Assembly: GCA_002269645.1 (NCBI GenBank)
Contig: NIVC01000763.1
Span: forward strand, 383,484 to 447,483
Direction of reading: 5' to 3'
DNA from: Macrostomum lignano
Lineage: Eukaryota
Length of the DNA: 64,000 bases
Shown: positions 1 through 11,500 of the stretch, piece by piece
Numbering within the stretch: position 1 is the first letter of the stretch
Layout: every line of letters begins with the position of its first letter
Notes under the pieces: model-generated
What the model saw: the letters and a program-made list of their open reading frames with translations, nothing else
Told to the model about the DNA's origin: nothing
Database searches by the model: none
Made by a program: the position numbers and the translations under genes

Positions 1-60
1 TCTGTCGCATCTAGACACCCCTACTGTCGCATCTAGACAACCCTACTGTCGCATCTAGAC
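1..60. repeat. End of a 22-23 bp tandem repeat (ctactgtcgcatctagacacc)
   Basis: About 3 copies at the window start, upstream of the exon at 98. Confidence 0.7.
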
Positions 61-97
61 ACAGGCACACCAATTCACCTTCCCAAATGCTTCCCAG

Positions 98-2025
98 GCG
101 GTCCCAGCCGGCGAGAACACAACATTTGACGTTGTATTTCTGGCCCGCGAGATGGGCGCCACGGAGAACACGCTGTTCATTCGCACCTCAACTGGCACCT
201 ATCGCTATCAGCTGTTCGCAGTTGGCGTACCCAGTCCCTACAGAGTCCAGCCCTGGCTAGGCGCTCGCATACCCATCAACAGCAGCTTCAGTCCCTATTT
301 ACACGTGCATAATCCGCACAGCAGTGTCCTGCAGATCACCGAAATGTTCACCAGCGGCCCCGACTTGCACCTGGAATTGCCCAGCAACGGGCCGCCAGCC
401 AATCAGCTGTGGGCGATACCGCCCTACGAGACTCGGACAGTTATGCGACTGCGTTTAGTCGGTCGCGAGCCGGCCAATCATACGGCTTTTGTACAGGTGA
501 AAACTAATAGAAGCGGCAGGTTCGGCCTGGTGCTGCCTGTAGAAGTGCAGGTGTCCTCTAGGCCGGGTCTGTACGCCACCGTGGATCGGCTGGACTTTGG
601 CCTGCTGCGGACTCTTGATAGCGAGAGAACTATCACGCTGCAGGTGAGCTGATCTGTTTCTTTACTTTGTCACGTGTCTTATCCCTCTGATACCCCTCAC
701 TTTATACTTCTGTCACACCCTTTATCCGTCTGTCACATCTTTTATCCGTGCCACAAACTTTTATCTGTCTGTCACACCCCTTATCCTTCTTTCACACCCC
801 TTAACCGTCTGTCACACTTCTTATCCGTCTTTCACGCCCCTTATCCGTCTGTCACACTCTTTATCTGTCACATCCTTATCTTTCTGTCACACCCCTTATC
901 CGTCTGTCACACCCCTTATCCGTTTGTTAAACCATTTCTTTGTCTTTCAGGTCGCTCTATTTGTTACACACCCTGTCTGTCACTCACCCCACCGCAGGTG
1001 ACCAGTCTATTCGCCCAGCCCTGTCTCGTGTCCAACGTGTCCCTGGACTTCCCTAACGACGCCGTCCGTTTAACCTTTCGGCCCGTCCGCCTGTTGCCCG
1101 GCGCGTGGCGTCGGACGCCCCTAGCCGACGTAACGTTCACCGCCCATCGAGCCGCGGCTCCGCGCCAATGGTCCGGTCACGTGATCATCACCGGCAGCCA
1201 AGACGGTTCAGACGGAGCAACTGGCGAACTACTTCGCGTACCGTATCGGGCCACCGTACTGCAGGGCGCTCTGGTCTACGACGCCAACAGTACAAGATTC
1301 CTGCTAGCGGCCTCCAGCAGCCTCGGCGGCGACTCCAATGGAGCCGGCGTGACCCGGCCAATCAGCATTAGCAACACCTTTGCCCAGCCTGTTGTGATCT
1401 TCAACGCCAGCTTGCTGACCGGCCTGCCGGACAGTCTGGCCGGCAAGTCTAACGGCGGCACAGCTGACGTCTCGCTGGTGAAATTCCGTCCACCCGTGCT
1501 GATCCCGGCCGGTGCCACCCTGTCCCCATTCAGCCTGTCCGTGTCGATCAACGCTAAGCCGCGGGTCCTGCAGTTAGCCATCTATTCAAACGCGTCCCAC
1601 TTTTTAATACCCGTATTTTTGTACTCGGGCAGCCTGAGCACCGTGCCCAGATGGCCGGAGCAGCGCTTGGATGCGGTGGACTTTGGCTCTATCGGGCCTG
1701 GCGACAGGCGCCAGGTTGAACTGGCCGTGCGCAATGAGAATCCCGTAGAGATTCGACTGTTGAGTATGAAATGCGATCCGCCAGTTGTGCAGGCTCAGCT
1801 GATGCGGGTACGCGGGTCAAACGGTTCCGTGACCGGCACTGCGCCTGAGCTGCCCGTGACTCTGCGACCGTTTCATCAGGTTTGTAGCTTTGTGGATGCA
1901 GAATTTTGATTAGCATTAACTAGCTTAATAACTAGCTCCAGGGGTGTTTTAACTAACTGTTTTATCTGGTTTTAACTAGTTAGTCAGTTAGTTAGTTAGT
2001 CAGTCAGTCAGTTAGTTGGTCAGTC

Positions 2026-2056
<31 letters not shown>

Positions 2057-2119
2057 CAGTCAGTCAGTTAGTTGGTCAGTCAGTTAGTTAGTTAGTTAGT
2101 TAGTTAGTCAGTTAGTTAG

Positions 2120-2168
<49 letters not shown>

Positions 2169-2192
2169 CAGTTAGCTAGTTACTTAGTTAGC

Positions 2193-2224
<32 letters not shown>

Positions 2225-2344
2225 CAGTTAGTTAGTTAATTAGTTATTTAGCTAGTTAGTTAGTTAGTTGGTTAGTAAGTTAGCTAGTTAGTTAGTCAGT
2301 TAGTTAGTTAGTTAGTTAGTTAGTCAGTTAGTTAGTTAGTTAGC

Positions 2345-2381
<37 letters not shown>

Positions 2382-2434
2382 GGTTAGTTAGTTAGTTATT
2401 CAGTTAGTTGGTTAGTTAGTTAGTTAGTTAGTTG

Positions 2435-2486
<52 letters not shown>

Positions 2487-2546
2487 TTTAGCTAGTTATT
2501 TAGTTAGTTAGTCAGTTAGCTAGTTATTTAGTTACTTAGTTAGCTC

Positions 2547-2577
<31 letters not shown>

Positions 2578-5500
2578 GGTTAGTTAGTTGGTTAGTTAAT
2601 TGCTTGACCAAATTGAAGCTGCGGACGCATGCTGAAGATAGCAGACTGAAGGCACCTTGCATTATTTTTGATAGTTACTCAGAGTATCTCTCTGAAACAT
2701 TCTGTATGTGAAAATTGCATTTCCATTATCTAATTGCAAGCCTCTGAAAGCTTCGCGGAACCAGCAATCGAGCTAATTAACCTGAGCGCCGCTCCGTCTC
2801 AAGTCCCATTTTTTGTTTTGCACGCCAAAGGCGCTAACTCTGATGGTGTGTTTATTCAAACACCAAACCTTGAGTTGAAGGGATGAAAGGTTTTCGCCTT
2901 TGAGCAGTGTTATTAGCCGTCATTAGCAAATATGGCCTTCCTTTGCTTGATAAAGTTCGCGTTTATTGACCTTATAGCTTTGTGCCCTGGGCAGCCCTAA
3001 AGTTGTGTCGTAAAAAGACCTTAACAATCGTTCCTTAGCTTATCTCTAGATAATCCATTACTACATGCGTCACTCAAATAATCTGCAGACATCTTAAGAA
3101 CCGCTCCCTAGACATATATTTCTGCCAAGATTCGTTCGTCCCCAGACATCCCTCTCAAGATTCGCCCATAGACATTCATCTCAAGATTCGCCCCTGGATA
3201 TTCATCTCAAGATTTGCCCCTGGACACTCATCTCAAGATTCGCCCTTAGACATTCATCTCAAGATTTGCCCCTGGACATTCATCTCAAGATTCGCCCTTA
3301 GACATTCATCTCAAGATTCGCCCCTAGACACTGATCTCAAGATTCGCCCCTAGACACTGATCTCAAGATTCGCCCATAGACATTCATCTCAAGATTTGCC
3401 CCTGGACACTCATCTCAAGATTTGCCCCTGGACACTCATCTCAAGATTTGCCCCTGGACACTCATCTCAAGATTTGCCCCTGGACACTCATCTCAAGATT
3501 TGCCCCTGGACACTCATCTCAAGATTCGCCCTTAGACATTCATCTCAAGATTCGCCCCTAGACCCTGATCTCTCAAGATTCGCCCCTAGACATGAAAATC
3601 GCCCCTAGACATTCCCGCCTTCTGCAAATTTATTGGGTACGCGTTGAGATATTCCATTAATCCCAATTAATCTCCAGGGTGAGCTCACTCTGACAGCCAT
3701 CGGGCCCGCCCAGTTGGGTCCGCAGCAGGGCGAACTGCTAATCCGCGCCAATCCCACCGACCTGCGTCTACAATGGCGCCTACGCGGCGCCGAAGGCAGC
3801 CTGTCGGCCGTGCCGGACCCGCTGTTGCTGCCTGACTGTTTCCCAGGCCGGGCCGCCTGCCGCTGGCTCAGCGTCCGGAGCTCCTTCCACCAGCTGGTGT
3901 CTGTGCGCGGCCTGACCTTCCTGCCGTCGGATGTCCGGTTCAAATTCGCTCCGCTGGGCCTGCCGCAACTGTTAAAATCGTTCGAGACCACTACGGTGAG
4001 GAAGGCTTGGTGTTTGCTGGGACTTTGCTGGGACGTGCCTTCCTTAATTGACATCCTCAGTTGCTGGGCCAGCCTCCCAGATCCTCAGTTGCTGGGCCAG
4101 CCTCCCAGATCCTCAGTTGCTGGGCCAGCCTCCCAGATCCTCAGTTGCTGGGCCAGCCTCCCAGATCCTCAGTTGCTGGGCCAGCCTCCCAGATCCTCAG
4201 TTGCTAGGCCAGCCTCCCAGATCCTCAGTTGCTAGGCCAGCCTCCCAGATCCTCAGTTACTGGCCGCTGCTACCCTCAGGCTTATTCCACATTAATAAAG
4301 TACAGCAAGTCATTGAATAAAAGCAGGTTTATATAAACAAAAGTTAATTTCTCTTCCCGTTACCCAGTTGCCGTCTATTAGCAGCCGCTTACTCTATATA
4401 TAGCATCGGATGTCTCCGGCCCCCTAATGAACCTGCTGCTTCATTACGGCCTCACTACGGGAAAATTTCAGTTCCCGTAGCAGTTTGCACGCCGAGACGC
4501 CCGCCCAGCATTGCAGTGAGGCCAATGAGAATCAGCTAGTTTGAAGCATGCATGTATTTAAAGAATTCCGTTCTTTCCTGGATCAATTCTGGCTCGTGAA
4601 AAAGACTTCCGTACAATCTAGATTGTTAATCTTTATATATGTTCCGCCTTTCAGCTTTCAATTCCATTCATATCATTGAATAATTTAACCTATTTTATTC
4701 CGCTAAGGTTGGCAAAATCTGCTTTGATCATCAACGACTGTGCGGACGCGACTGCTATGTTGGCTTCCCGCTCACTACTGCTAGTAAGTGCAACTGATTT
4801 TCAGCGATTAAATTCTATTTTAATATCCCAGATTCTCAGATTCCGTTGCGCCATCTCCCGGATCCTCAGACTCCCCGCCTCCCGGATCCTCAGACTCCCC
4901 GCCTCCCGGATCCTCAGACTCCCCGCCTCCCGGATCCTCAGACTCCGCAGTCCCGCCTCCCGGATCGTCAGACTCCGCAGTCCCGCCTCCCGGATCCTCA
5001 GACTCCATAGTCCCGCCTCCCGGATCCTCAGACTCCACAGTCCCGTCTCCCGGATCCTCAGACTCTGCTGTCCCGCCTCCCGGATCCTCAGACTCCACAG
5101 TCCCGCCTCCCGGATCCTCAGACTCCACAGTCCCGCCTCCCGGATCCTCAGACTCCACAGTCCCGTCTCCCGGATCCTCAGACTCCGCTGTCCCGCCTCC
5201 CGGATCCTCAGACTCCACAGTCCCGCCTCCCGGATCGTCAGACTCCGCTGTCCCGTCTCCCGGATCGTCAGACTCCGCAGTCCCGTCTCCCGGATCGTCA
5301 GACTCCACAGTCCCGCCTCCCGGATCGTCAGACTCCGCTGTCCCGCCTCCCGGATCCTCAGACTCCGCTGTCCCGTCTCCCGGATCCTCAGACTCCACAG
5401 TCCCGCCTCCCGGATCGTCAAACTCCGCAGTCCCACCTCCCGGATCCTCAGACTCCGCTGTCCCGTCTCCCGGATCCTCAGACTCCGCTGTCCCGTCTCC

Positions 5501-8500
5501 CGGATCCTCAGACTCCACAGTCCCGCCTCCCGGATCGTCAGACTCCGCAGTCCCACCTCCCGGATCCTCAGACTCCGCTGTCCCGTCTCCCGGATCCTCA
5601 GACTCCGCTGTCGCGCCTCGCGGATCCTCAGACTCCCCGCCTCCCGGATCCTCAGACTCCCGGCCTCCCGGATCCTCAGACTCCCTGCTTCCCGGATCCT
5701 CAGACTCCCCACCTCCCGGATCCTCAGACTCCCGGCCTCCCGGATCCTCAGACTCCCCTTTCCCGGATCCTCAGACTCCCCGCCTCCCGGATCCTCAGAC
5801 TCCCTGCTTCCCGGATCCTCAGACTCCCTGCTTCCCGGATCCTCAGACTCCCCACCTCCCGGATCCTCAGACTCCCCGCCTCCCGGATCCTCAGACTCCC
5901 CGCCTCCCGGATACTCAGACTCCCTGCCTCCCGGATCCCCATTCATTCCCAAGCCATCCGCCACCCGCAGCCGGCAAAGAGTGGCTCTCGGGCCTCAGCC
6001 TGGACAGCCGAGTGTCAGACGTGGACCAGCTGTACCTCAACCGCCTATCGCAGCGCTGGGAGTCCTTAGTCCGGTCCGATCGGCACACGGTCAATGCCAC
6101 AGTTGCCATAGAGACAGCTCACGCCGGCGGTTTCCTCATGCGTACTCAAGCCCAATTATTCAGGCCCAGCCTCCTGCCAGACGACTGGCGTCATAAATTA
6201 GAGCTGACTCATTCCGGCAACGCCACCGAGTCCGAGCTGATCATTGAAAACCCGTCCGACAGTCCTGTGCTGGCCCAGCTGCTCCCGCTCTGGCTGTACT
6301 CTTCGCCTCAGTCCGCCATCTCACTTCTGGCCACTCGACTCGGCCAGGCAGCCTGGGAGGAGCTGTTCACTGAATCGTCTTCGACTAGCGGCGACTCCGG
6401 CGACGGCGCTATTCGCTTGGCCGGGATCGGCGCCCAGTCAGAGGTGGCGCGGGTGCATCGGGATCAGCTGAGGGCGCTGTTTGGCGCCAGGGTGAGCAAT
6501 GAGCATGGTCACACTGTTGTACTTTTGTTGGATTCTTGGAATATTTAGGTACTAAAGTTCTAGGGCGGTACATCTAGAGAATGCGTTTCCATTGATTTGC
6601 AACTCAGCATCTAGAGACCGAGGATCCATTGGTTAGCATCTAGAGACCGAGGATCCATTGGTTAGCATCTAGAGACCGAGGATCCATTGGTTAGCATCTA
6701 GAGACCGAGGATCCATTGGTTAGCATCTAGAGACCGAGGATCCATTGGTTAGCATCTAGAGACCGAGGATCCATTGGTTAGCATCTAGAGACCGAGGATC
6801 CATTGGTTAGCATCTAGAGACCGAGGATCCATTGGTTAGCATCTAGAGACCGAGGATCCATTGGTTAGCATCTAGAGACCGAGGATCCATTGGTTAGCAT
6901 CTAGAGACCGAGGATCCATTGGTTAGCATCTAGAGACCGAGGATCCATTGGTTAGCATCTAGAGACCGAGGATCCATTGGTTAGCATCTAGAGACCGAGG
7001 ATCCATTGGTTAGCATCTAGAGACCGAGGATCCATTGGTTAGCATCTAGAGACCGAGGATCCATTGGTTAGCATCTAGAGACCGAGGATCCATTGGTTAG
7101 CATCTAGAGACCGAGGATCCATTGGTTAGCATCTAGAGACCGAGGATCCATTGGTTAGCATCTAGAGACCGAGGATCCATTGGTTAGCATCTAGAGACCG
7201 AGGATCCATTGGTTAGCATCTAGAGACCGAGGATCTATTAGTTAGAACCAGAGAAAGAGATCCTTGGCTGGGTTTTTATCTAAGGAAATGAAGTTCCAGG
7301 GCTTTCAATCTAAGGAAATGAAGTTCCAGGGGTTCCAATCTAAGGAAATGAAGTTCCAGGGGTTTCAATCTAAGGAAATGAAGTTCCAGGGGTTTCAATC
7401 TAAGGAAATGAAGTTCCAGGGGTTTCAATCTAAGGAAATGAAGTTCCAGGGGTTTTAATCTAAGGAAATGAAGTTCCAGGGGTTTCAATCTAAGGAAATG
7501 AAGTTCCAGGGGTTGCAATCTAAGGAAATGAAGTTCCAATGGTTCCAATCTAAGTAAATTGAATTCCCCGGGTTTTAATCTAAGGAAAGGAGGTTCCTCA
7601 ATTTCGGCACTTCATGACCCTTTCTCTGCCGGCAGGTGCACCCGGAGAGTCTGGCCACGCTAGTTCTGCCCCGGCGTCGCGCCCGTTTCCGGTTCGGCTT
7701 CCGGCCCAACCGAGCCGGCAATCACTCGGCGGTGTTCCTGTTGCGCAACAACCTGACCGCGCTGGAGGCCCTGCTAGTGACCGGCGAGGCCGCCGAGCCG
7801 CGACTGCGACTGGCCGAGCCGCGCCTGCTGTTCCACGCCTCCGAGCGGGCGAACCGGCCGTGCGGGCCCATCAGGCGCCAGCTCACGCTGAGCAACCCGG
7901 GCCGGCTGCCTCTGAGAATAGTCGGCTACAGTCTGGGCGAAGACGATGACGGCGAATACGTTGACGATGATCAGTACTCGACTAGTGTAGATGAGGCGCC
8001 AGTGACCGATGGCGCCAGCACCTGTTCAGATGCTGGATTTTTCCTGCCGAACTGCCAGCCAGTCTCAGTGGAGCCCAATGAGACCATCCGACTGGAGGTG
8101 ACCTTCCAGCCTGACTACTGTCTTCACCGGGCGGCCCGCCTGCTCACGCTGAGACCCAACGCCGGGCCGGCCATATCTGTCCTGCTGCAGGCTGCCGTCC
8201 CGACGCCGCTGCTGTCAGCTTGCTCTGCTCGGCTGCCCCGGCCAGACTGGGAGCACCAGCTGCACACAGCTGTCACATTGGCTCTGATCGCCTGCGGCGT
8301 GTGCGCATTGGCTTCGGCCTATTGCGAATCCGATCGCCTGCTGGCCTTGGACGCCTTTCTACAGTGCCGTCAGCAGACTGTCTTGAATGCCGCCGCCGCC
8401 GCGTCTGGCGGAGCTCCGTTTGATCTGCGACTGCTGGCTTCCACCGTCTCTATTACTAATCATAGCAATGCTAGCGACCACCGCGGCGCTTGCGGCATTC

Positions 8501-11500
8501 ACGAGCAGCAGTTGAGTCAGCGTAATAGCGCCAGGATTACGGATTTGGAAGGCGATCGAGCTGACAGCGATGGAAGCGGCGGCTTCTTTGGCTTTTTTAG
8601 TCGCCTTTTACTGTTCAGGTCGGCGGGGTCAGCAAAGTCAGCGGCGGCGGCAGCGGCGTCGGATACGACAACTGAAGCTTCAGCAGCTTCAACTGGCAGA
8701 GCGCTGTTGTCGTCGTCGGCGTCGTCGACGGGTGCTTCCGCCGCGGCAGCGACTTCTTCGGCATCCACTACGACGGCTACAGCGACATCGCGTCGATCTG
8801 GCGGAGTCGGGCAGCAGCAGCAGCAGCATCAGCAGTCAACTAGTCAAGCATCATCTGCATCGCAGCATCATCAGCATCATCATCAGCAGTCTTCACGTCG
8901 GTCTAACAAGCGCCAAGTATTATCGTCAAGCGCCCAGTCTAACACCACAATCGCCGGCGGCGTTATCGTTGGCAAAGAGTCGCGGTCGGCGTCCACGGCT
9001 TCTGCCGCTTCGTCGTCGGCTGCTCAGTCAAGTGGTGTCAGACCGGATCCGCCGCAGCCTATACCGACGCCGCAGTTTGAGCCTATCGATTTCTCCAACC
9101 AGCGAGTTGGTAAAGGTATTAATTGATGTGGTCATTGGCTACTTCACATCTGCACCTTTTTGTTTGCCTACCTTTTAGTGGTTGCACTAATGTCATTCCC
9201 TGTGGGTACCTCACTGGTCATTGGTATTGATAGCTCACTGGTCATTGGTATTGATAGCTCACTGATCATTGGTAGCCACCCCACTGGTCATTGATAGCCA
9301 CCCCACGCATGCCTTTTGCTAACAACCCTGCTAGTCCTTCGGTGGCCACCCACTGGTCGGAAACACTTGTAATTCCTGTATTGATCACCAAAAAGCACAG
9401 CATCGACGTCTTTTTTATTCCTGCAGGCAAGTCGCGTGGTAAGAAACAACAACAGCAGCAGCAGCATCATCATCAAAAAGAGCATAGTCAGCAGCAGCAA
9501 CAGAGAAAGCAACAGCACCAGACTGACCAGCAGCGCAGAGGTCAGTCAGCCACACCCGAGGACGCTGAAGATGCCAGAAGTCTAGCTTCGGAATCTAGCA
9601 GCTCGGAGGAAAAGGTATTTATATATTTACTATAGATTGCACTACTATTAGTAGAATGAAATTAGCCGTCTTTCTCCTTTTTTAATGCAAAACAAAAAAA
9701 ATCTACAGAGAAGCAACACTGGCAGTAGCGAAGTGCACCAGCCGCATACAGCAACTTTGGGAAACACCGGGACGCTGCAGCATCATCATTATCATCATCA
9801 GCAGCAAGCGAGCAAGACTCGCCGATCTGGCAGTATTTCTAGCAAAGTGTCAGCTACTACTGCCGCTGCTACATCTCCGGCTGAGCTGATCATCAAATCT
9901 ATCGATAAAAATAGCGCCGCCGGTCAGGCCGAGGAGGTCGGCGGCCAGGGCAAAGCTGTCAACGGCGGCAAAGGTCGAAGGAACGGCGGCAATGGCTCCG
10001 GCGCTGGTGGCGGTCGTGTTAAGAGTCGAACCACGTAAGTTCAAAGCTTAATCATCATTATCGACTAATTCGTTCACTTTGAGGTGGGGGCGGAGAAAGT
10101 TAATTTTTGGGTGGGTTGGTTGGTTTGAAATTAGATGCTGACACCAGTGTGGTGGGGCGGATTCCACGTTTGAATTGTCGCCGGCGTTGAGTTCGCACGC
10201 ATGAAGCCGGAAAATCGCGCCGACGAATCACAACGAAATCTTTCTTCTGTTTTACTCCAACTGCCGGGTTCTCAAGTCCGGGGGAGGGTAGTCGTAATCG
10301 TAGCGGAGCGGTCGTGTAGCGGCGCGGTCGTTCAAAAATGAGACACCGTAGATTTTGACACCGTAATTTAATGCGTTGACTTGTCGAGCTTGTTACTTTC
10401 AGTAGGGTAGAGCTGCCACCACCGTAATTTACGTATTACGGAACGAATTAAGTCTCTTTGAGCTTTCTTTGAGCGGAGAACTTGGGGCGTTATTTTACGC
10501 CCCACGGGCAAATGACTCAAGATAAACTATGGCTTAATTATTGAAGACGAACTGATAGATTAACGTCGGTGTTCGTGGTCGGTTATTATTATTGTTAATA
10601 TAATTATTTAAGCAGGCTAGCGTATTAGGTTATAAAATGTCCGAACGAGATGGTGGCGGGTGCCGGTAGACAAGAAAAAAACAAATTCTACTACAACTCC
10701 CATATAAAAATGATGGCACAGCAACATGTTATTTAAATAATAATTGAATAGACCATCCCAGGGGATGGGAACAACACTTGGAAAAAAAGGACAGGGAAAA
10801 GACTCCGGGGATGGACTAGACGGAAAAGCACAGAGATAAATGGGGAGAAAACAAAAATACCACGGCAGGACAAAAGGTGCCAGGAACGGGAGTAGTGAGA
10901 AATAACGCACCTGGGGCTGGAAAAGTGACGAAAAATACCCGGGTTGGAAAGATGAACTCCCGGGGATGTTTACGTTAAAGTTCAAAATCAATTATTGTCA
11001 AATTTTCACCGTCAGTGGCATCACCCTGCCACAACTTCAACCCTCGACGCGCATCTTTCTAGGAAAGAAATTATAGGAATAAAAAGCGCGCCGACTTGAA
11101 TTGTACGTCAGCGCCGATGGTGTAGTGGTAGCATGTAAGCCTCCCACGCTTGCGACCCGGGTTCGAATCCCGGTCGGCGCACGAAAATTTTTTCCCAAAA
11201 ATAATGAAACTTTATTAAACATTTTCTGTATAATTTCTTGTTAAAGCTAAATATTTTTGTCCAACTTGATCGTACTATCTAGCCGCATATTTTTTTACTC
11301 TTTTTCAATATATTTAACCATTGCCGATATGTATAGAAAATAACGGTAATACATTGCAAAATATCACCACCCGCAATTCTAGTGCCACCAACACGCCTAA
11401 CTCTGATGTACGACAGAGCGACCTGCAGCCGATACTATCGGTGCCGGCGCAGCCTAAAGCGGCTCCGCTGCAGCCTGCTCAGGTTCTCAAGCAGCCCAAG

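Noticed and set aside
1975-2597. (TTAG)n as interstitial telomeric sequence
   Set aside because: The unit is neither TTAGGG nor TTAGG; it is an ordinary tetranucleotide microsatellite.
4676-6196. Long ORFs (506, 387 and 232 aa) and similar ORFs at 11947-13001, 15430-16550, 17527-18081 and 30520-31014
   Set aside because: They are translations of stop-free tandem repeats lying in introns or intergenic DNA.
6608-7243. 29-bp array as a CRISPR array, or as a synthetic linker concatemer (it contains XbaI, BamHI and BsaI sites)
   Set aside because: Units are head-to-tail with no spacers and there are no cas genes. Degenerate related copies on both flanks indicate natural origin.
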